A DNA stretch of 64,000 nt. Origin: an uncultured Streptococcus sp. (GTDB taxonomy: Bacteria > Bacillota > Bacilli > Lactobacillales > Aerococcaceae). Both the position numbers and the translations under genes were made by a program. This document shows, piece after piece, positions 32,005 to 41,371 of this stretch. Location of the stretch: NCBI GenBank assembly GCA_963548485.1, contig CAUUUT010000001.1, positions 6,745-70,744 on the forward strand, given 5' to 3'. The notes beneath the pieces are model-generated. The model was not told the DNA's origin and did no database searches. It worked only from the letters and a program-made list of their open reading frames with translations. Position 1 is the first letter of the stretch. Every line of letters begins with the position of its first letter.

Positions 32005-33321
32005 ATGACATCAAAACATCAACAAATTATTCGTTATATTGAATCATTACCAGTAGGAGAAAAAATCTCTGTTCGTTCCATAGCAAAGAACATGGAAATG
32101 AGTGAAGGTACAGCGTATCGTGCGATTAAAGAAGCTGAAAATATTGGGATTGTTTCTACCATCGAGCGTGTAGGGACGATTCGTATTGAACGTAAAACAA
32201 AAGATAATCTTGAAAAATTGTCGTTTGGTGAGATTATTAAAATCATCGAAGGAGAAGTTTTCGGTGGACATGACGGTCTAGATAAAATACTAAATCGCTT
32301 TGTTATTGGTGCGATGACTCTTGATGCAATGACGCGTTATATTCAACCAGAATCACTTGTGATTATTGGGAACCGTGAAGACGCGCAATTACTAGCATTG
32401 AATCAAGGAGCAGCCGTTTTAATTACTGGGGGCTTCCAAGCAACACCACAATTGATTCAAAAAGCGGATGAATTAAAAATTCCATTAATGGGAACAACCT
32501 ATGATACATTTACCGTTGCTAGTCTCATTAACCGTGCGATGACAGACCAATTAATTAAGAAAAAAATTATGATTGTCGCAGATATTTATAATGATATTGA
32601 AAATACGAATTATTTGAGAATGGACCAAACTGTTAAAGAATATCGCCAATTGAGCGAAAAAACAGGGAATTCTCGCTTCCCAGTTATTAATTATTCGAAT
32701 CGTTTAGTGGGTGTTGTTTCTGCTAAAGATATTCTTGGAAAATCTGATACTCTTACAATGGAACGTGTGATGACGAAGAATCCATCCGTCTCAAAATTAC
32801 ATGCTTCTGTTGCTAGTGTAGCGCACTCAATGATTTGGAATGGATTGGAGATGCTTCCAGTTGTTCAAGACAATATGGAATTGATTGGAATTATTTCTCG
32901 TCGTGATGTCATGAAGGCGATGCAACTAACGCAACGTCAACCACAAGTGGGAAATACTTTTGAAGATGATGTCAGTGAAAATCTTGAGATTGTTGAAGTG
33001 AATCCAACGGGTGCAGATTTCAGCTTTACGGTAACACCACAGATGACAAATAACCTTGGAATGCTTTCCTTTGGGGTGTTATGTGAAGTGGTCTCTGTTG
33101 CTTCTAAAGAATTTATTCATAGAAGTCAACGTCGTAATACTGTGATCGAACAATTAGAAATGCACTATTTGAAGATGATTCCAATCGAAAGTCATATTGT
33201 GATTCAAATTCAAATGCTCGATAATGGTCGTAAAGTTTCGAAATTAGATATTTCGGTTTTATTGGAAAATTCAATTGTTGCTAAAGCAATTATGTCAAAT
33301 CAATTAATGGAAAGAAACTAA
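32005..33321 (+). CDS. HTH-DRTGG-CBS-hotdog protein (YtoI/SpxR family)
   Basis: SEGTAYRAIK HTH, GNRE/ITGGF DRTGG region, tandem CBS domains. Confidence 0.9.
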   Translation: MTSKHQQIIRYIESLPVGEKISVRSIAKNMEMSEGTAYRAIKEAENIGIVSTIERVGTIRIERKTKDNLEKLSFGEIIKIIEGEVFGGHDGLDKILNRFVIGAMTLDAMTRYIQPESLVIIGNREDAQLLALNQGAAVLITGGFQATPQLIQKADELKIPLMGTTYDTFTVASLINRAMTDQLIKKKIMIVADIYNDIENTNYLRMDQTVKEYRQLSEKTGNSRFPVINYSNRLVGVVSAKDILGKSDTLTMERVMTKNPSVSKLHASVASVAHSMIWNGLEMLPVVQDNMELIGIISRRDVMKAMQLTQRQPQVGNTFEDDVSENLEIVEVNPTGADFSFTVTPQMTNNLGMLSFGVLCEVVSVASKEFIHRSQRRNTVIEQLEMHYLKMIPIESHIVIQIQMLDNGRKVSKLDISVLLENSIVAKAIMSNQLMERN

Positions 33322-33323
33322 GA

Positions 33324-34373
33324 ATGAATTACAAAGAATTATTACAAGAAATCATCACAGAAATCAAAAAGGCAGATTCTATCGTTATTTTAAGGCATCG
33401 TAAACCAGACCCAGATGCTTTGGGTTCACAGATAGGTCTAAGCGAACTCATTAAGGCAACCTATCCAGAAAAGTCTGTTTACGTTATTGGAGATATGCCA
33501 GAAAACTTGAAGTATATCGGCGACATGGATGAAATAACTCAAGAGGTGTTCGATACCTCTCTTATTATTGTTGTCGATTGTTCTACACCGAGACTTATCA
33601 ATTGTCCATTTGAAGTGAATGTCGAAGAGGTAATTAAGATAGATCACCATCCAAATGTGACACCGTACGGAAAGATTTGTTATGTGGATACAACAGCAGC
33701 CAGTGCCAGTGAAATCATGGCAGAGTTTGCTTTTGACGAAGCAACTCCATTTCAAATGAATAAGTCAGCTGCTAACGTGATTTACGCAGGAATCATCGGA
33801 GATACCGGTCGATTCTTATATCCGTCAACCACTTCAAAAACTTTTGCACTTGTATCAAAATTGATACAACACGATGTAGATTTGGCTGGAATTGCCGATA
33901 AAATGATTACAAAACCGCTGAATGTAAATCGAATGACAGGGTATATTTACGAGCATCTAGAAGTATCTCGTGAAGGAATGGCGAGTGTAGTTTTAACAAA
34001 AGAAGTGCTTGAACGTTTCCAAGCCACTGACCAATTAGCTTCACTAGTAGTTTCAGTTCCTGGAACGGTTGAAGGGATTCTGGCGTGGAGTATGTATGTG
34101 GAACAAGGGGATGGCACCTTTAGAGTTCATTTGCGTTCAAAAGGGCCAACTGTGAATTATATTGCGCAAGCTTTTGGCGGTGGAGGACATACGCTAGCGT
34201 GTGGCATTCCATCTGTTACGAAGAGTCAAATTTTAGAAGTGGATGCTGAGTTAAAAGAGGCAGTGAAAGCCTTTAAGAAAAAATTGAAATTACGCCCAAA
34301 TAAGAGTATTATAAGATGTTGTATTTACAATAAATATCAGTCCAATCATTGGATGAAAGGAAATATTAAATAA
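33324..34373 (+). CDS. DHH/DHHA1 phosphoesterase (NrnA/Pde2 family), paralogue 1
   Basis: H..PDPDALGS, IDHH, GDTGRF, LRSK and GGGH motifs. Confidence 0.9.
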   Translation: MNYKELLQEIITEIKKADSIVILRHRKPDPDALGSQIGLSELIKATYPEKSVYVIGDMPENLKYIGDMDEITQEVFDTSLIIVVDCSTPRLINCPFEVNVEEVIKIDHHPNVTPYGKICYVDTTAASASEIMAEFAFDEATPFQMNKSAANVIYAGIIGDTGRFLYPSTTSKTFALVSKLIQHDVDLAGIADKMITKPLNVNRMTGYIYEHLEVSREGMASVVLTKEVLERFQATDQLASLVVSVPGTVEGILAWSMYVEQGDGTFRVHLRSKGPTVNYIAQAFGGGGHTLACGIPSVTKSQILEVDAELKEAVKAFKKKLKLRPNKSIIRCCIYNKYQSNHWMKGNIK

Positions 34374-35335
34374 TGAATTATACAGAGTTTTTTAAAAAGA
34401 TTGATGCAGAAATTAAAAAAGCAGATTCGATTGTTATCTTGCGTCATGAATCACCAGACCCAGATGCAATTGGTTCACAAGTAGGGTTGAGAGAAATTAT
34501 TCGCACTACTTATCCAGAAAAAACAGTATATTTATTAGGTGAAATGCAAAGTTCACTAAGTTATATTGGAGAAATGGATGAAATTACACAGGAACAATTC
34601 GATGCTGCACTGATTATTGTTTTAGACTGTGCAAATACACCACGTATTGACTGCCCATTTGAAGTCGATCCATCGAAAGTAATTAAAATCGACCACCATC
34701 CAGATAGAGATGTTTATGGTGCGATTTCATTTGTAGATACGAATTCAAGTAGTACAAGCGAAATTTTATGTCGTTTTGCGTTTGGTGAAGAAAGTACTTG
34801 GAAAGTCTCTAAAGAAGCAGCAAATGCATTATATGCAGGTATTGTAGGAGATACAGGTCGTTTCCTTTATCCAGCAACAACAGCTGTAACTTTTGCAATG
34901 GTTTCTAAATTATTAGAATTCGATGTGGATATTTCAGGCATTGCCTATCATATGATTACAAACCCAGTTTCAGTTAGTCGCTTAGCGGGTTATATTTACC
35001 AAAACATGGAAATTTCTGAGAATGGCGTTGCAGCTACAATTTTAACGCAAAAAGATTTAGAGCACTTTGGAATTGAAGAAGATCAAACACATGGTGTTAT
35101 TTCACTTCCAAGTACAGTTGAAGGCATTCATTGCTGGGCATTATTCGTAGAGCAACCAGATGGAAGCTACCGAGTAAATCTTCGTTCTAAAGGCCCAATC
35201 GTGAATGTGATTGCGCAAAACCATGGTGGTGGAGGACATCCATTAGCATCAGGTGCGATTGTTCAAACTCTTGAAGAAGTAAACGAAATCGTAGAAGAAT
35301 TGAACGCATCATCAAAAGAATATTTAAGTAAATAA
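34373..35335 (+). CDS. DHH/DHHA1 phosphoesterase (NrnA/Pde2 family), paralogue 2
   Basis: H..PDPDAIGS, IDHH, GDTGRF, LRSK and GGGHPLASG motifs. Confidence 0.92.
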   Translation: MNYTEFFKKIDAEIKKADSIVILRHESPDPDAIGSQVGLREIIRTTYPEKTVYLLGEMQSSLSYIGEMDEITQEQFDAALIIVLDCANTPRIDCPFEVDPSKVIKIDHHPDRDVYGAISFVDTNSSSTSEILCRFAFGEESTWKVSKEAANALYAGIVGDTGRFLYPATTAVTFAMVSKLLEFDVDISGIAYHMITNPVSVSRLAGYIYQNMEISENGVAATILTQKDLEHFGIEEDQTHGVISLPSTVEGIHCWALFVEQPDGSYRVNLRSKGPIVNVIAQNHGGGGHPLASGAIVQTLEEVNEIVEELNASSKEYLSK

Positions 35336-35340
35336 TTTGG

Positions 35341-35368
35341 AAAGAGTCGGTTTATCCGGCTCTTTTTT
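35341..35368 (+). terminator. Terminator after the DHH pair
   Basis: AAAGAGTCGG-TTTAT-CCGGCTCTTT plus T run. Confidence 0.78.
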
Positions 35369-35513
35369 CTTAAGTTAGGTTTTCAAATGTGAAAAAAATT
35401 CTTTTTAAAGGAAGAAAATTGGTCTTGGTTCTTTCTTGGTTAACTCACATTAATACAGTATAATATATATGAATTTTTATTGAAAAATATTTTTATAAAA
35501 GAAGGAGAGCTAA

Positions 35514-38500
35514 ATGAAGAGGTTTATTCATAAATTATCAAGTACATTATTAATATTCACATTATTAACCAATCAAGTAGCGCCGATAGTTACTTATGCC
35601 GAGGAGGTTAGTGAACATACAACGGTAGAGACAAGTAGTACTGAAGCACCAGTCATTGAAACGACGGTGAGTTCAGAAACTACGACTTCCGAAGCAAACG
35701 AAGCTACGACTGCTGGGGCTGTAGGGATCAATCCACAAATTGGTCAAGTGAAAATAACTGCTACAAACTCAACAGGTAGTGATGGACAATATACAACAAA
35801 GAACCGTCAAGGGGATGTTCAATTAGATGGTTCGAAAGTGAAAGAGTCTGTAATTGGGGGATATGTTGAATTCACTTATCCAACGGAGTATATCGAAAGC
35901 TTTACGGTAGCGACTGGAGGACCGGTAAAAAGTGTGGATAACTCAACGCCTGGTGTGTTGAAAGTATACGTGTCTGATATCACACAAACGACAACTGCAA
36001 GTTTTCCTTTTACGTTTAAATTTAAAGACCGTGTAACTCCAGAAGGATATACATTCTCTCCAAACATCGTGTTAAAAGATAGTACTGGAAAGACGTTAAA
36101 AGAAGTAACGGATTCTTTAGTTTATAAAGTAAAAGTCGATAAACAGTCGTTATTTAAATATAACGTAACCAATTATACACAAGCGTATACGATTGATAAT
36201 CGTGAAATTTATGGTGGGAAGGCAACTGGTAATGCCATTACAAAAGCAGCAGATGTTACTTTCCAATTTAGTTTATCAACGAATACTCCAGGTGGTGGAC
36301 AAACTCAAAACTGGGGAAACGGAAAAGCGCAGACACGTGCTGCAAAAACGATTACGATTACGGATACACTACCAACATATGAAAAAGCCGACGGAACTAC
36401 AGGGACAGCTGTCTTTGATCCTGCAAAAAATCCTGGTTGGACTTTAAATGCAGATGGTACTGTTAGCAAAACCATTACGGGTGGTGACACTCTAAATGAC
36501 TCAAATAGTGAAGCAGAAATTGCTCTACGTGAGGAGAGACTGGTATTAAGTTTCCCTAATGCGAAAACAAAAACAAATATTGTTAATAATGCAAAAACAG
36601 AATTGACGTTTATTCAACAAGGAGAATCAGAACCTAAATTAACAGTAAGTGATAATATTCAATTTAAACTAATTGGACAGTTGATTAGTGATGCTGCTAT
36701 CCGCAAGTCGAACAATGATAGACAAACTTTAAATATTGATGCGGGTGCGCCAGATACATCTGTAGCGACATGGATTCTTGGGTTTACGAATACTTCTCCA
36801 AGTACAATTTCTAAATTGACGTTAGTTGATGAAGATTTGGATGAGAGAATGTATTTCTATTCAGTAGGGTCACCTGTTGCAGATGCACCATTTGATATGG
36901 ATGTATATGGAGTAAAAGCAGATGGCACAGAAGTGAAATTAGGAAGCATTGCTAAAGGGACAAAACAATTAGTAATTGTAGACGAAGATGCCTATAATAA
37001 AGTCTCAGATCAAGCAAAACAAATTTATGCTGGAACTTTAAAGAAAGAGGCTTATCAAAAAGTATCTCGTACTTATGACAGTATAAAAATCAAACTTCAA
37101 GATGGTAAAACTCTTCAAGCAGGAGAGATTACATCTACATTTATCCAAACGAAATTGTTAAATCCATTTGACGAAACTGAACGTAAAGATCCTGTTAGAT
37201 ACAATAATAGTATGCATGCTGAAGGTTTAGTGGATGGCTATGGAGAGGACGGAAAGTTCTCTACAAACAAGAGTACTTCCTATGAAGATGTAAGAGTGAA
37301 GGAAGAAGAAATTCGTATTTCTAAGATGACTCGTTCAAATCCTACAGGTGATTTAGGAGAAGTTGTTGAATATAGTGTTACTGCTGATTTTAGTAACTTA
37401 TCAGTTAACCGTCGTGTAAATGGAGCTCAAGTGATTGATGTCTTACCTGAGGGAATCACTTATGAAGGGTACTATATTGATAAACAACCGCATAGAAATA
37501 TGTTGAAAGGTGAACCAAGTATCGTTGAAAATTACAATGGCAGCGGTCGTCAAGCGGTAATATTTGAGCTAAAAGATCTTGATTTCTACAATGACAAAAC
37601 GATTGCTCGTGACTTTACAGCAATTGTTTCGGCAACAATTACGAAAGAGGCAATGCCAACAGCCATTCAGAAAGCTGATGATTATAAGAAAAATACAGAT
37701 AACCATGTATTTCTAGTTGCAAAAGAATTTTCGCCTTTAGCAAGTAATGTAACGTCACAAACAATGTTAGACAATATGTTTAAGATTGAGACACCAGATG
37801 GAAAAGTTCCTTCACAAGTAGTTGGTGCAAAAGTTCCAACGATTGTAAACTTACCAACTGAAATTCGTTCTGAGAAATTTATTTCGAAAAATGATGGAAG
37901 TTGGACGCAAGAGTTAGTTCAACAAAACTATAATCAAGAGTATAAATATCAGTTACAAACGAAAAACTATAGTACGTATGACATCGAAACATTTACGTTG
38001 TATGATCGTCTTCCGTATGCAGGAGATAAAAATGGTTCTGGTTTCACTCCAGTTTTAACAAAAGCATTAGCAGTTGAAAGTAAATATACAGTTTATTATC
38101 ATACTTCAACAAGCTTGCCAAATTCTCCATATGATGCAACACAAGCTAGTGGCTGGGTCACAGCAGATAAAGTATCTGATTTTACAAAAGTAACTGCCAT
38201 CAAGATTGTATTGAATAAGGGTGAAAAGATTGTTCCAGGAGAAGTCGTGAACTTCCAAGTGGAAATGAAAACTCCAGAATACACGGATGGTGCAACAGAT
38301 ACACTAACAGCAACAAACGTATTCTATACAAACCGTGATGCTGAAAATCCAACAGTTTTTGGTGAAACAAATGCTGTTTCGAATCAATTGCCACAATACA
38401 TTCCAGTTGCCAAGGTTTGGAATGGAGAAAAAGATGCTTCTATTTCAAGTATTAAAGTGAAGTTAATTCGTGCAAGTAAGCCGGATGATGTTCTTGCGAC

Positions 38501-39455
38501 AATGGTCTTAAATGATGCCAATGAGTGGAAAGGTGTATTCAAACTGACTATTGATGGTAAAACACTGGATCCAACAGTAACGGATTACCAAGTAAAAGAA
38601 GTGATGGATGATAACTATGGTAAAGATTACGATACTGTCATTACTGGCGGTGCCACTCAAAATGAAGGATTTACCATCACAAATACTCGTATAACGACCA
38701 CGCATACTGTTAAGAAAAAATGGGAAGATAATAACAATAAACTCGGCTTACGTAAAAACATTAAAGTTCAATTGAAACAAAATGGTGAAAACTATGGTGA
38801 AGCAGTCGAATTGTCAGACGCAAATGAGTGGTTCCATACTTTCCAAGAATTACCTGACTCTAAAAATGGAGTAGCTTATAAGTATACTGTTGAAGAGATA
38901 GATATTCCAGAAGGATATACTCACGAAGTAGTAGAAGAAGGAAAAAAATCAATTATTACAAACAGTATTCTTTCTGGAGTCAAACATGACCTAACATTCA
39001 AGAAAGAATTAGAAGGTCGTGAATTAGTTGAGGGAGAATTCACATTTAATCTATTAGATGAAAATGGAAAAGTTGTTCAAACGGTTCAAAATGCTGCTGA
39101 TGGAACTATTACATTTAAAGATGTGGTATTCGACAAGGCTGGAACTTACAAGTATTCAGTAGTAGAGGTTAGTGGCGATGATAAGCAAATCACTTACGAT
39201 AAGAGCGTCAAAAACGTAACTATTGAAGTGAAACAAGAAGATAAGGTGTATGTTGCTACTGTCACTTATGACGCGGATACAACGTTTAAAAACAAGTATA
39301 CGGCACCTGTTGTACCAACACCTGAACCATCAAAACCACAAAAAGATTTACCAAACACTGGTACATCATCACTTGTAAGTACAATGTTCATCGCAACTAT
39401 TCTTGTAATGATTGCTTTTGGATTTGTTTATACAGACAAGAAAGAAAATAGATAA
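35514..39455 (+). CDS. LPXTG-anchored multidomain surface protein (Ig-like/CnaA-type, CnaB and FctA-like domains), putative adhesin
   Basis: Signal peptide; T/E-rich linker; repeated K...N Ig-like domains (VAKVW...ITNT, VKKKW...ITNS, FKKEL...FKNKY); LPNTG + TM + basic tail. Confidence 0.88.
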   Translation: MKRFIHKLSSTLLIFTLLTNQVAPIVTYAEEVSEHTTVETSSTEAPVIETTVSSETTTSEANEATTAGAVGINPQIGQVKITATNSTGSDGQYTTKNRQGDVQLDGSKVKESVIGGYVEFTYPTEYIESFTVATGGPVKSVDNSTPGVLKVYVSDITQTTTASFPFTFKFKDRVTPEGYTFSPNIVLKDSTGKTLKEVTDSLVYKVKVDKQSLFKYNVTNYTQAYTIDNREIYGGKATGNAITKAADVTFQFSLSTNTPGGGQTQNWGNGKAQTRAAKTITITDTLPTYEKADGTTGTAVFDPAKNPGWTLNADGTVSKTITGGDTLNDSNSEAEIALREERLVLSFPNAKTKTNIVNNAKTELTFIQQGESEPKLTVSDNIQFKLIGQLISDAAIRKSNNDRQTLNIDAGAPDTSVATWILGFTNTSPSTISKLTLVDEDLDERMYFYSVGSPVADAPFDMDVYGVKADGTEVKLGSIAKGTKQLVIVDEDAYNKVSDQAKQIYAGTLKKEAYQKVSRTYDSIKIKLQDGKTLQAGEITSTFIQTKLLNPFDETERKDPVRYNNSMHAEGLVDGYGEDGKFSTNKSTSYEDVRVKEEEIRISKMTRSNPTGDLGEVVEYSVTADFSNLSVNRRVNGAQVIDVLPEGITYEGYYIDKQPHRNMLKGEPSIVENYNGSGRQAVIFELKDLDFYNDKTIARDFTAIVSATITKEAMPTAIQKADDYKKNTDNHVFLVAKEFSPLASNVTSQTMLDNMFKIETPDGKVPSQVVGAKVPTIVNLPTEIRSEKFISKNDGSWTQELVQQNYNQEYKYQLQTKNYSTYDIETFTLYDRLPYAGDKNGSGFTPVLTKALAVESKYTVYYHTSTSLPNSPYDATQASGWVTADKVSDFTKVTAIKIVLNKGEKIVPGEVVNFQVEMKTPEYTDGATDTLTATNVFYTNRDAENPTVFGETNAVSNQLPQYIPVAKVWNGEKDASISSIKVKLIRASKPDDVLATMVLNDANEWKGVFKLTIDGKTLDPTVTDYQVKEVMDDNYGKDYDTVITGGATQNEGFTITNTRITTTHTVKKKWEDNNNKLGLRKNIKVQLKQNGENYGEAVELSDANEWFHTFQELPDSKNGVAYKYTVEEIDIPEGYTHEVVEEGKKSIITNSILSGVKHDLTFKKELEGRELVEGEFTFNLLDENGKVVQTVQNAADGTITFKDVVFDKAGTYKYSVVEVSGDDKQITYDKSVKNVTIEVKQEDKVYVATVTYDADTTFKNKYTAPVVPTPEPSKPQKDLPNTGTSSLVSTMFIATILVMIAFGFVYTDKKENR

Positions 39456-39466
39456 ACTTATTGATG

Positions 39467-39503
39467 AAAACATCGATTAGTCGTATGGCTAATCGATGTT
39501 TTT
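39467..39503 (+). terminator. Terminator after the adhesin gene
   Basis: AAAACATCGATTAG...CTAATCGATGTTTT. Confidence 0.85.
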
Positions 39504-39554
39504 ATTTTGCTGTTGAAAGCCTTTTGTTTTTTTGAAAAAAATTCCTTAAATGAA

Positions 39555-39583
39555 TTGACTTTAACACGTTTCAAGAATACAAT
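39555..39583 (+). promoter_or_regulatory. Sigma-A promoter for rny
   Basis: TTGACT-17 bp-TACAAT. Confidence 0.72.
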
Positions 39584-39671
39584 AATATTATGTGTTAAAT
39601 CACATTTAACCATAAAATTTATCAATGCAATTTATTTTGATTAAAAATTAAATAGAGACGGAGGTGACTCA

Positions 39672-41234
39672 ATGGACTCAGTAGTAACAGGTGGCCTCGC
39701 GATCTTAGCTTTAATAATTGGAATTGTTGCTGGATATATTGGTTTCAAATCAAATTACGAGAAAAAGTTAGTAGCAGCTCGCGAATCGGCTGAAATGATT
39801 ATCAAAGATGCAGAAAAAGATGCTGACCGATTAAAAAAGGAAGTATTATTAGAAGCAAAAGAAGAAAATCATAAATATCGTGCTGAAGTTGAAAATGAGT
39901 TAAAAGAAAGACGAAATGAAGTACTTCTTCAAGAAAAGAGAATGATTCAACGTGAAAAGAATTTAGATCGTAAAGATGAAATTCTAGAAAAACGTGAACA
40001 ATCTATTGAAACGAAGGAAACAAAAATTCAAGAAAAACTTGAGAGAGTGACAGAGAAAGAACATCAAGCTGAAGCTCTCGTTGCAAAACAACAAGAAGAA
40101 TTGGAACGCATTTCTACAATCAGTAAAGAAGAAGCACAAGAGATTATCATGAAAGACATGACTGAACAGTTAAGTAAAGAACGTGCTATCATGATTAAAG
40201 AGTCTGAGCAGCTTGCAAAAGATGAAGCAGATAAAAATGCTAAAAATATTATTCTTCAAGCGATTCAACGTTCCGCAGCGGACTTAGTTTCAGAAAATAC
40301 AGTAACAGTTATGACGTTACCAAGTGATGAAATGAAAGGACGCATTATCGGACGTGAGGGACGTAATATTCGTACCCTTGAATCATTGACAGGGATTGAT
40401 GTGATTATCGATGAAACGCCAGAAGCGGTGGTATTAAGTGGGTTTGACCCAATTCGTCGTGAAATCGCGAAAATGACGCTAGAAAAATTAATTTCAGATG
40501 GTCGTATTCATCCTGCGCGTATTGAAGAAATGGTTGAAAAATCTCGTAAAGAAATGGATGAGCGTATTCGTACAATTGGTGAACAAGCAACGTTCGAAGT
40601 TGGAATTCACTCATTACATCCTGATTTGATTAAGATTTTAGGTCGTTTATACTTTAGAGCTAGTTACGGTCAAAACGTATTGAACCACAGTATCGAAGTG
40701 GCTAAGCTTGCTGGAGTGATGGCAGGCGAATTAGGTGAAGATGTTAACCTTGCAAAACGTGCTGGTTTACTTCACGATATCGGTAAAGCGCTCGATCATG
40801 AAATTGAAGGTTCTCACGTTGAAATCGGAGCAGAAATTGCTCAGAAATATAAAGAGAATAAGATTGTTGTTAACGCAATTGCTTCTCACCACGGTGATGT
40901 TGAACCAACTTCAACAATCGCAGTACTTGTTGCGGCAGCCGATGCTTTATCTGCAGCTCGCCCAGGTGCAAGACGTGAATCAATCGAAAATTATATTCGT
41001 CGATTAGAAAGATTAGAAGCCATTGCCACTGAACATGAAGGCGTTGAACGTAGTTTTGCGATTCAAGCCGGACGTGAAGTTCGTGTAATGGTACAACCTG
41101 ACAAGATTTCTGATGAAAAAGCGATTATTTTAGCGCATGATATCAAGAATCAAATTGAGGAAGAACTCCAATATCCAGGACATATTAAAGTTACAGTTAT
41201 TCGTGAGACAAGAGCAGTCGAATATGCTAAGTAA
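39672..41234 (+). CDS. rny: Ribonuclease Y
   Basis: N-terminal TM, coiled coil, KH motif [10 protein letters not shown] and HD motif LLHDIGK. Confidence 0.97.
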   Translation: MDSVVTGGLAILALIIGIVAGYIGFKSNYEKKLVAARESAEMIIKDAEKDADRLKKEVLLEAKEENHKYRAEVENELKERRNEVLLQEKRMIQREKNLDRKDEILEKREQSIETKETKIQEKLERVTEKEHQAEALVAKQQEELERISTISKEEAQEIIMKDMTEQLSKERAIMIKESEQLAKDEADKNAKNIILQAIQRSAADLVSENTVTVMTLPSDEMKGRIIGREGRNIRTLESLTGIDVIIDETPEAVVLSGFDPIRREIAKMTLEKLISDGRIHPARIEEMVEKSRKEMDERIRTIGEQATFEVGIHSLHPDLIKILGRLYFRASYGQNVLNHSIEVAKLAGVMAGELGEDVNLAKRAGLLHDIGKALDHEIEGSHVEIGAEIAQKYKENKIVVNAIASHHGDVEPTSTIAVLVAAADALSAARPGARRESIENYIRRLERLEAIATEHEGVERSFAIQAGREVRVMVQPDKISDEKAIILAHDIKNQIEEELQYPGHIKVTVIRETRAVEYAK

Positions 41235-41280
41235 TCATTGATTGACTTTGACTCTACTGTGAAGTAGATGTAAAACTGGA

Positions 41281-41309
41281 AAACCCATGACAAGTTGTCA
41301 TGGGTTTTT
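41281..41309 (+). terminator. rny terminator
   Basis: AAACCCATGACAA-G-TTGTCATGGGTTT. Confidence 0.85.
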
Positions 41310-41329
41310 ATTTTAGTTTACGAATATGC

Positions 41330-41364
41330 AAAAAGGCCATTCTCGCTTTGAGAATGGCCTTTTT
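41330..41364 (-). terminator. pbp1A terminator
   Basis: AAAAAGGCCATTCTC...GAGAATGGCCTTTTT. Confidence 0.85.
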
Positions 41365-41371
41365 GCTTGAA

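Noticed and set aside
41319..41326. TACGAATA (ComX/cin-box-like) after a T-rich tract
   Set aside because: It points into a terminator with no downstream gene; the same 8-mer occurs inside the adhesin CDS near 36785 and a few chance hits are expected in AT-rich DNA
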